A stretch of DNA of 64,000 nt from Spirochaetia bacterium. Its GTDB lineage: Bacteria > Spirochaetota > Spirochaetia > SZUA-6 > Bin103. A program made the translations under genes and the position numbers. The stretch is from assembly GCA_965203905.1 (NCBI GenBank), contig CBDBDQ010000005.1, positions 5,056,001 to 5,120,000 of the forward strand. The letters are read 5' to 3'. Positions 51,900 through 61,054 of the stretch are shown one piece after another (positions within the stretch are counted from its first letter, which is position 1; each line of letters starts with the position of its first letter). Below the pieces are notes generated by a model. That model searched no databases. It was not told the DNA's origin and saw nothing but the letters and a program-made list of their open reading frames with translations.

Positions 51900-52550
51900 G
51901 CGCGCCTGCGGCGGCCTGGGGGCCACGCGCCTGCTGCGGGGCCGTGCACCCCACCGAGCAAGGCAAGGTGCGACGGGTCGGCCCCAGATGTCTTCCCGCT
52001 CGATGACTCCGACGGGGGCATCCTTCGGCTTCGCCACCGCCGCGCCGACCCATGGATGTGCGGCCGACCGGGAACCCCCGCGGGTTCACGCCGGATGCGC
52101 GGTGACCTCCACCCGTGGCGCCATCCCTGCCGCCACGGGTGTGCATGCGCCGGCGGCAGTTCCGGAGGCGCGCCCGGAACGCGGCCGACCAGGTCAACCA
52201 GCGCCGGACTGTGGATGGGCGTGACCTGGCCGGTCAGCGCGAAGTGGCGCCCGGGCACCGCAGACCGAGTGGGCGAAGTGTCAGGTACCTCTCATCACAC
52301 GACTGACGCGTCGTCCGTTCGTGAGCCCCGTCCATGGGGCCCACCACAGGCGTTCCCGCGCCATGGAGGGCAAGCGTGCGGCTGTCCTGTGGACAGCGGC
52401 TGTTCTTTGGACAGCCTGCGGCGCGTCCGGAGGGAGTTGCATTACCGGCATCGCGACGCCGAAACTGGCTCGACCACCGCTCCAGGTATTCACCGGGCCA
52501 ACCGTCGACGAGAGACTGCACACGAAGCGGCGCGCCCGGGGACTTTGCCT
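51900..52550. repeat. dispersed repeat family copy downstream of cassette 2
   Basis: Matches 38790-38930, 31750-32135 (inverted) and 37640-37830. Confidence 0.75.
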
Positions 52551-52922
52551 GACTCATAGGTTATGCCCCAGCCGAATCGCGCTGACCACGGTCGTCCGGT
52601 GGGGTGATATGTGCCGACAACCACAGATACCGCCAATGCGATCTCCTCCACGCTCGAGGGGGACCCGCGAGGTACCGCAAGCAGTCGGCATACGTTTCCA
52701 TCATTCTCGCCGCACGGATTGCGCTGCAATCGACGGTGTCGAACCCCATTCCGCTGACCAGCTCTAACGGGTTGCTCGGTGCGCTCGTCGTCACCGGCTG
52801 TGTAGTGGCCGCCCGAACACTAGATGTGCTTGTAGCGATGTCAATTGAGAGATTCAGTCAGCTTTCGCGAACCCCCCAGGTTCAGAAATGACCGTCACCG
52901 GCTAGTTGGTTATACTCATGGT

Positions 52923-53162
52923 ATGAAGACTGCCGTGTCGGTCCCGGATGAGATCTTCCTTGCCGCCGAACGCCATGCGCAACGGACGAGGAAGTCTCGA
53001 AGCCAGCTATACGTTGACGCTCTCGCTGAGTACCTGGCAAGACACACGCCTGACGACGTTACGGCTGCGATGGATCGGGTGGCGGAAGCCGTCGGCGAGG
53101 CGTCACCGGACGAGTTTGTGTCTCGAGCGTCACGTCAGACTCTCGAACGCTCCGAGTGGTAG
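52923..53162 (+). CDS. ChpI/MazE-like RHH antitoxin
   Basis: MKTAVSVPDEIF..AER.A.....SRSQLY..AL. Confidence 0.85.
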   Translation: MKTAVSVPDEIFLAAERHAQRTRKSRSQLYVDALAEYLARHTPDDVTAAMDRVAEAVGEASPDEFVSRASRQTLERSEW

Positions 53163-53503
53163 ACATCGCGCAGGGCGAGGTCTGGTGGGCGGAGCTACCG
53201 CAACCCCTTGGCTCGGGGCCCGGTCTGCGGCGGCCGGTTGTGGTGGTTCAGGGCGACCATCTGAACCGGAGCCGAATCTCGACCGTGGTCTGCGTTCCAC
53301 TCACCAGCAACCTGATGTGGGCCGACGCTCCGGGCAACACGTTGCTGCCCGCCAAGGCGACCGGATTGCCGAAGGACTCCGTAGCAAACGCAGCTCAGAT
53401 CGTGGCGCTCGACCGCAGCATCCTGGTGAAGCGCATGAGGCGACTCGCGGCGCGGCAGGTGGCACTCGTCGTGAGCGGGATCGACGTCGTGCTCGGCCGG
53501 TGA
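53156..53503 (+). CDS. PemK/MazF toxin
   Basis: GEVWWA.L..P.GS.PG.RRPVVVVQ; VPLTSNL; DSVAN. Confidence 0.9.
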   Translation: MVDIAQGEVWWAELPQPLGSGPGLRRPVVVVQGDHLNRSRISTVVCVPLTSNLMWADAPGNTLLPAKATGLPKDSVANAAQIVALDRSILVKRMRRLAARQVALVVSGIDVVLGR

Positions 53504-53907
53504 GAATAGAAGATGGCGGCCAGGCCAATGCTGCGCATCTCCACTCGTCGTTAGCAGAAGGTCGGCCGCCTTTCACTGGTCAACGCTCCGCTCCGCCGAA
53601 CGACTAAACTCGGCTGACCGGGATCATGGTCACGACTAGCATCCTCGTTACGCACCAACGTCGGATTCACCATCAACCCTACAATCGCGAACAAGGGGCC
53701 TTGGGGCACATTAGTCCTGACAGCAGTCGGCCCGATCTTCATCCACCGCTGGCGAGATGCTCGCCGCCACCTGGACCAGTCCGGCGCAAACCCCGGTAGG
53801 TAGCTCGTCGATGCGCTGGGCAGCGACTGGGAGGAGACCGCCCTTCGACAGGGAGTCAGGTAACCACGGGAACGAGATGATATGATTGCGGGAGTGGGGA
53901 AGGACGC

Positions 53908-54318
53908 GTGGGCCACGTATTTGCGGAACTGGAATTGAGCAATCCCCGGCGCCCCGACTTCGTACCGGTACAGGTGGACGCGCTGGTTGATACGGGGGCT
54001 CTGATGCTGTGCATTCCGGAGCACGTCGCACGGCAGCTCGACCTCGAAACGGAGTCGGTGCGGGTGGTGTCGGTCGCGGACGGCAGGACGGCGACCGTGC
54101 CCTACGTCGGACCGGTGAAGGTCGCCTTCGGCAAGCGGTTCTGTTACGTCGGCGCGCTGGTGATCGGCGACGAAGTGTTGTTGGGGTCCGTTTCCATGGA
54201 AGACATGGACTTGGTCGTGAACCCCGGCCGCCGGCAGCTCACGGTCGATCCCGCCAGTCCCAACGTGCCTCACGCCCGCGTGAAGCGCCACGCCACCACG
54301 CCTGCTACCGGCGAATGA
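53908..54318 (+). CDS. clan AA aspartic protease (AF_0612-like)
   Basis: DALVDTGA; ADG; VLLG...MEDMDLVV.P. Confidence 0.85.
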   Translation: MGHVFAELELSNPRRPDFVPVQVDALVDTGALMLCIPEHVARQLDLETESVRVVSVADGRTATVPYVGPVKVAFGKRFCYVGALVIGDEVLLGSVSMEDMDLVVNPGRRQLTVDPASPNVPHARVKRHATTPATGE

Positions 54319-54340
54319 GATCCTGATGCCGGAGATCCAG

Positions 54341-54871
54341 TCACGGGGACCGGTGTTGAACCGTGGCGGGGACGTCTACGTCGTCCACGATGACGACACT
54401 CAATTCGTCGATTCCCTCGAAGCCCGAATCGGTGGTCACCAGGTGATCGGCGCGGATACGCAGGGCCGTGGCGAGTATCACGGAGTCGATGGTGAGCAGA
54501 CCGTACGCGGATTGTAGTTCCAGGCAACGAGTATAGTCCGCCACGCGATGTTCCTCGACGCGAATACCCATCTCCAGCAGTGCGTCGACCTTGGCCCGAT
54601 AGGCATGCAGCCCCTTGACGACCTCCGGCTGGGCGGACAACTTGCGGGCAGGGTTCGACCCCGAGATCCTGTTCCCGGCGCGCGCCTCGATCAGCATGAG
54701 CTTATGGCACACCTCCAGGAGTGCTGCGAAAGGGAGGATTCCGCTGACCGCACCCTCGGCACACCGCGCCAGCAGGGCCGTCGCCTGCTTCGAGTGTCCT
54801 TCTTCTGCGTAAATCAGGACGTTGGCATCCAGCACGCACCGAGAGCCGTCGGCGATGTCCGTATCCTTCAC
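54341..54871 (-). CDS. PIN-domain (VapC) toxin
   Basis: VLDANVLIY; YGLLTIDS; LVTTD..F; GTGA overlap with the antitoxin. Confidence 0.82.
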   Translation of the reverse strand: MKDTDIADGSRCVLDANVLIYAEEGHSKQATALLARCAEGAVSGILPFAALLEVCHKLMLIEARAGNRISGSNPARKLSAQPEVVKGLHAYRAKVDALLEMGIRVEEHRVADYTRCLELQSAYGLLTIDSVILATALRIRADHLVTTDSGFEGIDELSVVIVDDVDVPATVQHRSP

Positions 54872-55119
54872 CGCGCCAGCAGGTCGTCGTCGACGATCTC
54901 GCGCAGGTCGTCCATGCCCGCGTTCATGCCGCCTATGGGGTTGCTGCAGAAGCGGCGATACGCCTGCATCGCGCGGCGAGGCTCCGGAGCACGCTCCGCG
55001 AGGTATCCGGCAAGTGCCTCGGCGAACAGATCGCACAGCCGCTTCCCGTCCTCCGCCGCGGCGCGCTTCACGTCCCTGAGCAACTCCGTATCGATCAAGG
55101 TCCCAACTTTCGTCTTCAT
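54868..55119 (-). CDS. RHH-like antitoxin
   Basis: MKTKVGTLIDTELLRDVKRAAA......LF.EAL..YL. Confidence 0.75.
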   Translation of the reverse strand: MKTKVGTLIDTELLRDVKRAAAEDGKRLCDLFAEALAGYLAERAPEPRRAMQAYRRFCSNPIGGMNAGMDDLREIVDDDLLAR

Positions 55120-55178
55120 CGTCTTTCGAGAATAAGGAAGAATTCTTCCCTTGTCCAGACAAACGGTCCTCGGAGAGA

Positions 55179-55404
55179 ATGATCACCTCAAGCGAGGCCA
55201 GAGCGGTGGTTGAGTTGGGCGAACTCGTGGATGACTATCCCGATGATGCGCGCGGGCACAGCTGTCTACTGCTCGGTCGAGTGGGTGAGCGGGGTGTTCA
55301 TGTCGTTTGCGCACCTAAAGAGGACTACTTGGCGATCATCACGGCCTACATCCCTACGGCTGACGAGTGGGAGCCCGATTTGCGAACCGAAGAGAAAGAA
55401 GTGA
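55179..55404 (+). pseudogene. DUF4258 toxin, N-terminus probably missing; reads in frame into the next gene
   Basis: DYPDDARGHSCLLLG; HVVCAP; IITAYIP...W. Confidence 0.75.
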
Positions 55405-55613
55405 ACTGTGTCCATTGCCAAGGCAAGATGAAGCGTTCGACCGCGCCGTTTCATGTTGATCGCAACGGCTACCATCTGGTAGTGGATACGGTGCCGGCGT
55501 GGGTGTGCAAACAGTGCGGCGAGGCCTATTTCGATGAGTGCGAAGTCGACGCCATCCAGCAAGCGATCCGGAGTCTCGATGACCACACCCGCAAGCTGGT
55601 GATACCGGCCTGA
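55401..55613 (+). CDS. YgiT/MqsA-type zinc-finger antitoxin
   Basis: CVHC...VPAWVCKQCGEAYF. Confidence 0.82.
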   Translation: MNCVHCQGKMKRSTAPFHVDRNGYHLVVDTVPAWVCKQCGEAYFDECEVDAIQQAIRSLDDHTRKLVIPA

Positions 55614-55653
55614 GGTCAGCGGCGGCACTACGTTGAACCGCGCCATCGCGCCT

Positions 55654-58500
55654 CTACAGGCGGATCAGGTCCTGTTCGAGGTCGTCGAGCCGCTTGTTGC
55701 CGGGCGGGCGCGGCATCGACTGCAGCGCTTCGCGCAGCGACAGTGCGGGTATCTCGTCGCCCTGGATGCGGATCAGCACGCCGAAGGCGCGGTGGCGGAC
55801 GAGGACCTGGCGCGCCGCTTGGTCCGCGAGCACGTCCGCCAGCGGCGAATCGAGGTGCAGGCGTGCCCCCTCCCGGCTCGGCAGGTAGCGGCGGCGCTGC
55901 GCTTCGCTCAGATCCAGCGACAGTTCGTGTTCGCCCGAGCCGACCTCCACGGCACTTGTAGCTCCAGGTAGCCACAACTCGGCGGTGGTGTTGGCGGGTA
56001 CCACGGCGCGCAGTGTGAACGTGGCCGGCGCGTTGGCGGGGTGATCGATGCGCCAGCTCGATTCGGTGCGGCCGTAGGGCGTGTCCACCGCCGCGCGTGC
56101 GTGCCGGATCCCGCCGCCCGGGTGCGGCTCAACCACGAACCGCCGCCATCCGCGCTCCGCGTCGTGTTGCCGCAGGCCGGCCATGCGTTCGTACAACCAG
56201 GCGCCCACGGCGCCGTAGGCGTAGTGGTTGAACGAGGTCATCTCGCCGGGATTGATCGAGCCGTCGGGCAGCATGGCGTCCCAGCGTTCCCAGATGGTGG
56301 TGGCGCCCATGGTGATCGGATACAGCCACGACGGCAGCTCGGTCTGCTGCAGCAGCCGGAACGCCATGTCGTCGTCGCCGATGCGGGTCAGCACCTCGCA
56401 CAGCCAGGGGGTGCCCAGGAAGCCGGTGGAGAGCCGGTGGCCCTCTTTCTCGATCAGCTTGCGGAGGCGGCGCGCCGTGGCCGGGCGCTGCTCGGGAGTG
56501 ACCAGGTCGAACGCCAGCGCCAGCAGGTGGGCGGTCTGGCTGTCGTTCACCACGCGGCCGTTCGGGGCCACGAACTCGGCGCGGAAGCCGGCGGCCACCT
56601 CGGCGGCGAGGCGGCGGTATGCGGCGGCATCGCCCGTCTCGCCCAGCAGCTCGGCCGCTTCGGCCAGGATCTGCGCGGAGCGCGCGAACCACGCCGTGCC
56701 CACCAGCGACGAGTCGGTCTGGGCGTCTCCCGGCGCGTCGGGTGGCGACTTTGGGTCTACCCAGTCACCGAACTGAAAACCGTCGCCCCACACGCGGTGC
56801 TCGTCGCAGATGCCCTTCACGTGCTCCACCCATGCCTTCATGGAGGGGTATTGGCGGCGCAGCAGCTCCAGGTCGCCATAGCGCGCGCCGAGAGTCATCG
56901 GCACCACGGTGGCGGCGTCGCCCCAGCCGGCGGCGGTGAACGACGACGGCAGGATGGAGGGGATGACGAACGGCACGTTGCCGTTCGGTTCCTGCTCGGC
57001 AGCCAGGTCGATCAGCCACGAGCTCAGCAGGGCGGCGGTGTCGTAGAGCAGGGTAGCGGTGGGGGCGAACACCTGGATGTCGCCGGTCCAGCCCAGCCGC
57101 TCGTCGCGTTGTGGGCAGTCGGTGGGTACGTCCAGGAAGTTGCCGCGCATCCCCCACACGATGTTCTGGTGGAGCTGGTTGACCTGCCGCTCCGAGCACT
57201 CGAACCAGCCGGTGCGCACCATGTCGGAGTGCAGCACCACCGCGGTGATGTGTTCGGGGCGCAGCTCGCCGGGCCAGCCGCTCACGCCGGCGTAACGGAA
57301 GCCGTGGAAGGTGAAGCGCGGCTCCCACACCTCGCTGCCGCCGCCGCTGGCGACGTAACGGTCGGTGGCCTTGGCCGAGCGCAGCGGGCGCACGCCCAGT
57401 TCGCCGTCCTCCAGTACCTCGGCGTGGCGCACGGTCACTTCCGTGCCCGCCGGCACCTCGGTGCCCGGCTCTGCCGCCAGGCGAATGCGCAACCGGCCTA
57501 CCAGGTTCTGGCCGAAGTCGACCAGGGTCTCGCCGGAGGGCGCGCGCCAGATCGACGCGGGAGCCACCTCCTGGACGGCGCGCACCGGCGGCACCGCCGC
57601 CGGCGTGAGGGTGGCCAGGTCGTGCTCGATCACCGCGACCGGCTGCCAGCCGCCGGCGTCGTAACCGGGCCGCGACCAGCCGCCCAACTCGAGCCGTGCA
57701 TCGTACGTCTCGCCGTCGTACAGATCGGAGCCGCGCTCGGGGCCGACGCCGGAGCGCCACTCGCCGTCCGTGGCCAGGGTACGGACGGTGCCGTCCGCGA
57801 GTGCGATGTCGAGTTGCGCCAGCAGTGCCGGCCGGTCGGTGTAGAAGTTGCGCGCGCCGCTGAACCCGAGGCGCCCGCGCGCCCAGCCGTCGCCCACGAT
57901 GGCGCCGATGGCATTGTCGCCGTCACGCAACAGGCCGGTGACGTCGTGGCTGGCGAAGCGCAGGCGGTGCCGGTAGCTGGTCCAGCCCGGCGCCAGTTCC
58001 TCGTCGCCGACCCGGCGGCCGTTGATCTCCACCTGGTACACGCCCAGGGCGGTCACCGACAGCACGGCCCGCTGCCACGGTTGATCCAGGGCGAACTCGC
58101 GCCGGAAGTAGGGGCAGGGTTCCGCCTCGCTCGCCGCGGTGGCGCCGGCCGGCGAGATGAACCGCGCCGACCAGTCGCCGGCCTCCAGCAACGGCGCCCA
58201 CACCGGGAGCGGCTGGCTCCAGTCGCTGGCCACCCCGTCGCGGCCGGTGACCCGCACCCGGCAGGTCACACTCTGGTGTGACGCCAGCGGCGGCGCCGGC
58301 CACGGCACCAGTACCGAGTCGCCGGAGGCGACCGCTGCGCCGCGGTACTCCAGATCGCCGGAAATCTCCATTTCGTAGGAGGCCTGGTACCAATTCGGCG
58401 TGCTGGTGGCGACGCGCCACGAAAGACGCGGCGTGGCGGTGGCGACGAACGGGCCGGAGCCGCGATGCTCGGCGGTCAGATCGACAACGGTGAGTGACAT
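55654..58500 (-). CDS. alpha-L-rhamnosidase (GH78)
   Basis: PRLSW; LAPGWTSY; DFGQNLVG; FTFHGFRY; VPTDCPQRDERLGWTGD; GATTIWERWD; SFNHYAYG. Confidence 0.93.
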   Translation of the reverse strand: MSLTVVDLTAEHRGSGPFVATATPRLSWRVATSTPNWYQASYEMEISGDLEYRGAAVASGDSVLVPWPAPPLASHQSVTCRVRVTGRDGVASDWSQPLPVWAPLLEAGDWSARFISPAGATAASEAEPCPYFRREFALDQPWQRAVLSVTALGVYQVEINGRRVGDEELAPGWTSYRHRLRFASHDVTGLLRDGDNAIGAIVGDGWARGRLGFSGARNFYTDRPALLAQLDIALADGTVRTLATDGEWRSGVGPERGSDLYDGETYDARLELGGWSRPGYDAGGWQPVAVIEHDLATLTPAAVPPVRAVQEVAPASIWRAPSGETLVDFGQNLVGRLRIRLAAEPGTEVPAGTEVTVRHAEVLEDGELGVRPLRSAKATDRYVASGGGSEVWEPRFTFHGFRYAGVSGWPGELRPEHITAVVLHSDMVRTGWFECSERQVNQLHQNIVWGMRGNFLDVPTDCPQRDERLGWTGDIQVFAPTATLLYDTAALLSSWLIDLAAEQEPNGNVPFVIPSILPSSFTAAGWGDAATVVPMTLGARYGDLELLRRQYPSMKAWVEHVKGICDEHRVWGDGFQFGDWVDPKSPPDAPGDAQTDSSLVGTAWFARSAQILAEAAELLGETGDAAAYRRLAAEVAAGFRAEFVAPNGRVVNDSQTAHLLALAFDLVTPEQRPATARRLRKLIEKEGHRLSTGFLGTPWLCEVLTRIGDDDMAFRLLQQTELPSWLYPITMGATTIWERWDAMLPDGSINPGEMTSFNHYAYGAVGAWLYERMAGLRQHDAERGWRRFVVEPHPGGGIRHARAAVDTPYGRTESSWRIDHPANAPATFTLRAVVPANTTAELWLPGATSAVEVGSGEHELSLDLSEAQRRRYLPSREGARLHLDSPLADVLADQAARQVLVRHRAFGVLIRIQGDEIPALSLREALQSMPRPPGNKRLDDLEQDLIRL

Positions 58501-58529
58501 GATGGGCCTGCTCGTCGGGGTATGTCTGG

Positions 58530-58844
58530 TCAGTCGAGGTGGAACACTTCCGGCAGCTCGCGCATCACCGGTGAGTTGTCCGGATTGGTCTCCATGAGGT
58601 CGGCCATGTAGGCCCACCACTTCTTGACCACCGGACTCTCCGGCAGTTCCCCGGCGGTGTGGTCCGGGCTCAGCTTCTGCACCGCGAACAGGGTCAGGGA
58701 CTCCGGGTCGAGGTAGATCGAGTAGTCGCTGACGCCGGCCTCGCGAATCTCCCTGGCAAGCTCGGGCCAGATCTCGTCGTGGCGCTTCTGGTACTCGGCC
58801 TCGAAGCCGGGCTTGAGCTTCATGGCGAAGGCGAATCGTTGCAT
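58530..58844 (-). CDS. rhaM: L-rhamnose mutarotase
   Basis: EYQKRHDEIWPEL; DYSIYL; WWAYMADLMETNPDNSP. Confidence 0.93.
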   Translation of the reverse strand: MQRFAFAMKLKPGFEAEYQKRHDEIWPELAREIREAGVSDYSIYLDPESLTLFAVQKLSPDHTAGELPESPVVKKWWAYMADLMETNPDNSPVMRELPEVFHLD

Positions 58845-58856
58845 TGCGGAGCTCTC

Positions 58857-59984
58857 CTAACGTGAGTATGGATCGGCGGCGTCGCGCAGTCCGTCGCCGA
58901 GGAAGTTGAACATCAGCACGGTGACGATGACGAACAGGCAGGGGATCAGCAGCCAGCCGTGGTGGGCGATCGCCTGCACGTTCTGGGCGTCCTGCAGCAG
59001 CACCCCCCAGCTCACCACCGGCGGCTGCAGCCCCAGGCCGAGGAAGCTCAGCGCCGTCTCGCCGAGGATGGTCTGCGGTATCGCCAGCGTCAGCGACACG
59101 ATGATGTAGCTGGCGAAGGAGGGCAGCAGGTGCTTGCCGATGATGGCGCCCTGCGTGGCGCCGGCGATGCGCCCCGCCATCACGAAGTCCTCCTCGCGCA
59201 GGGCCAGCAGCTTGCCGCGAATCACCCGCGCCAGGCCGGTCCAGCCGATCACGGAGAAGATGATCACGATGCCGAAGTAGATCCGCACCGGCGGCCAGTC
59301 GCGCGGCAGCGCCGCCGCCAGCGCCATCCACAGCGGAATGGTGGGAATCGAGATCAGCAGGTCCACCAGCCGCTGGATCACCGTATCCACGAAGCCGCCC
59401 AGGTAACCCGACAGCCCGCCCAGGATCATGCCGAACACGAAGGTGAAGAAGATCCCCACCAGCCCCACGGACAGCGAGATGCGGGCCCCGTACAGGATGC
59501 GGCTGAACACGTCGCGGCCGAGGCGGTCGGCGCCGAACAGCAGCACCGGCCCCTCGTCCGACCCGAACAGGTGGAGGTCGCTCTGGAACAGGCCCCACAG
59601 CCGGTACTCCTCGCCGCGGACGAAGAAGCGCACGTCGAAGCGCTGCTCGGGGTCGACGGTGAAGGTGCGCCGGAACGTCTCCGGGTCGCGCCCGCGCACC
59701 AGGCCGTAGACGTGGAGCCCGATCCGCTCGCCGGCCGCCAGCAGGCGCAGGCGCTGCGGAGGCGCATACAGGTACTCGGTAAAGCGGGTGCCCGGGAGAT
59801 AGGGGCTCAGGAACTCGCAGAACGCGGCGATGAAGTACATGACCGCCAGCACGACGCCCGCAACCAGGGCCATCTTGTGCTTGCGGAACTTCCACCACAC
59901 CAATTGCCACTGGGAGGCGACGAAGTAGCGTTCGGCGGCCGCGGTCTCCTGGGCGGTCGGCTCGACCGCCTCGACGGTGCTCAC
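58857..59984 (-). CDS. ABC transporter permease (DppC-like)
   Basis: ASQWQL; GADRLGRD; GDGLRDAADPY. Confidence 0.92.
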   Translation of the reverse strand: MSTVEAVEPTAQETAAAERYFVASQWQLVWWKFRKHKMALVAGVVLAVMYFIAAFCEFLSPYLPGTRFTEYLYAPPQRLRLLAAGERIGLHVYGLVRGRDPETFRRTFTVDPEQRFDVRFFVRGEEYRLWGLFQSDLHLFGSDEGPVLLFGADRLGRDVFSRILYGARISLSVGLVGIFFTFVFGMILGGLSGYLGGFVDTVIQRLVDLLISIPTIPLWMALAAALPRDWPPVRIYFGIVIIFSVIGWTGLARVIRGKLLALREEDFVMAGRIAGATQGAIIGKHLLPSFASYIIVSLTLAIPQTILGETALSFLGLGLQPPVVSWGVLLQDAQNVQAIAHHGWLLIPCLFVIVTVLMFNFLGDGLRDAADPYSR

Positions 59985-60979
59985 CTGGTGGCTCCCTGGT
60001 AGCGGATGCGCGGATCCACCCACGCCAGCAGGAGATCGGAGATCAGGGTGCCGATCACGGTGAGGATGCTCAGGATCATCACCAGGCTGCCGGCGAGGTA
60101 CATGTCCTGGAACAGCAGCGCGCGCAGCAGCACCGGCCCGGTGGTGGGCAGGTTCAGCACGATCGAGACCAGCGCCTCACCCGAGACGATGAACGGCAGC
60201 AGCCAGCCGATGGTGCTGATCAGCGGGTTGATGGCGATGCGCACCGGGTACTTGAACAGCAGGGTCCGTTCGGCCACGCCCTTGGCGCGCGCGGTCACCA
60301 CGTACTGCTTGCGCAGCTCGTCCAGCAGCATGCTGCGCATCACCCGGATCAGGCTGGCGGTCCCGGTGAGCCCGATCACCACGATCGGCACCCACAGGCG
60401 CGGCAGCATGTCCAGCAGCCTGGCGAAGCTCCACGGCGCGTCGGCGAACTCCGGCGAGAACAGCCCGGTGACACTGATGCCGAGTTGCGTGAATGCGAGA
60501 TACATCACCACCAGGGCGAGCAGGAACCCCGGCACCGAGATGCCGATAAAGCCGAAGAAGGTGAACACGTAGTCGCCGAGCGAGTACTGGTGGGTGGCGG
60601 CGTAGATGCCGATCGGGATCGCCACCACCCAGATGAAAATGAGCGTCAGCAGCGAGATCGACATGGTGAGTGCGATGCGTTCGCCGATCACCTGGGTCAC
60701 CGGCTGCTCCCACTGGAACGAGCGTCCCAGGTGGCCCCGGCTGATGATGTTCCAGGCCCACAGCGCGTAGCGCTCCACCAGCGTCTTGTCCAGGCCGTAC
60801 TGCTCGGTGAGCCGCGCAATCTCGTCTTCGTCGACGCGGGTACCGGTCTGCTCCAGCTCGACGATGCGCATCGTCACGTAGTCGCCGGGCGGCAACTCGA
60901 TGATCGCGAACGAGAGCACCGAGATGATCACTATCAGCGGGATGATCTGGAGGGTGCGCCGGAGGATGTAGTCGAACAT
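59981..60979 (-). CDS. ABC transporter permease (DppB-like)
   Basis: ELPPGDY; YVVTARAKG; DPRIRY. Confidence 0.92.
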   Translation of the reverse strand: MFDYILRRTLQIIPLIVIISVLSFAIIELPPGDYVTMRIVELEQTGTRVDEDEIARLTEQYGLDKTLVERYALWAWNIISRGHLGRSFQWEQPVTQVIGERIALTMSISLLTLIFIWVVAIPIGIYAATHQYSLGDYVFTFFGFIGISVPGFLLALVVMYLAFTQLGISVTGLFSPEFADAPWSFARLLDMLPRLWVPIVVIGLTGTASLIRVMRSMLLDELRKQYVVTARAKGVAERTLLFKYPVRIAINPLISTIGWLLPFIVSGEALVSIVLNLPTTGPVLLRALLFQDMYLAGSLVMILSILTVIGTLISDLLLAWVDPRIRYQGATR

Positions 60980-61054
60980 GGGGCCTGCAACAGACAACAC
61001 GGGTGCCGGAGCGAGGCTCCGGCACCCGGTGCGGTCATGAAAGGGCGGACCGCC

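Noticed and set aside
55654-59910. 1418-aa giant ORF
   Set aside because: The N-terminal 470 aa are an off-frame read-through of the permease and rhaM; the real GH78 starts at 58500
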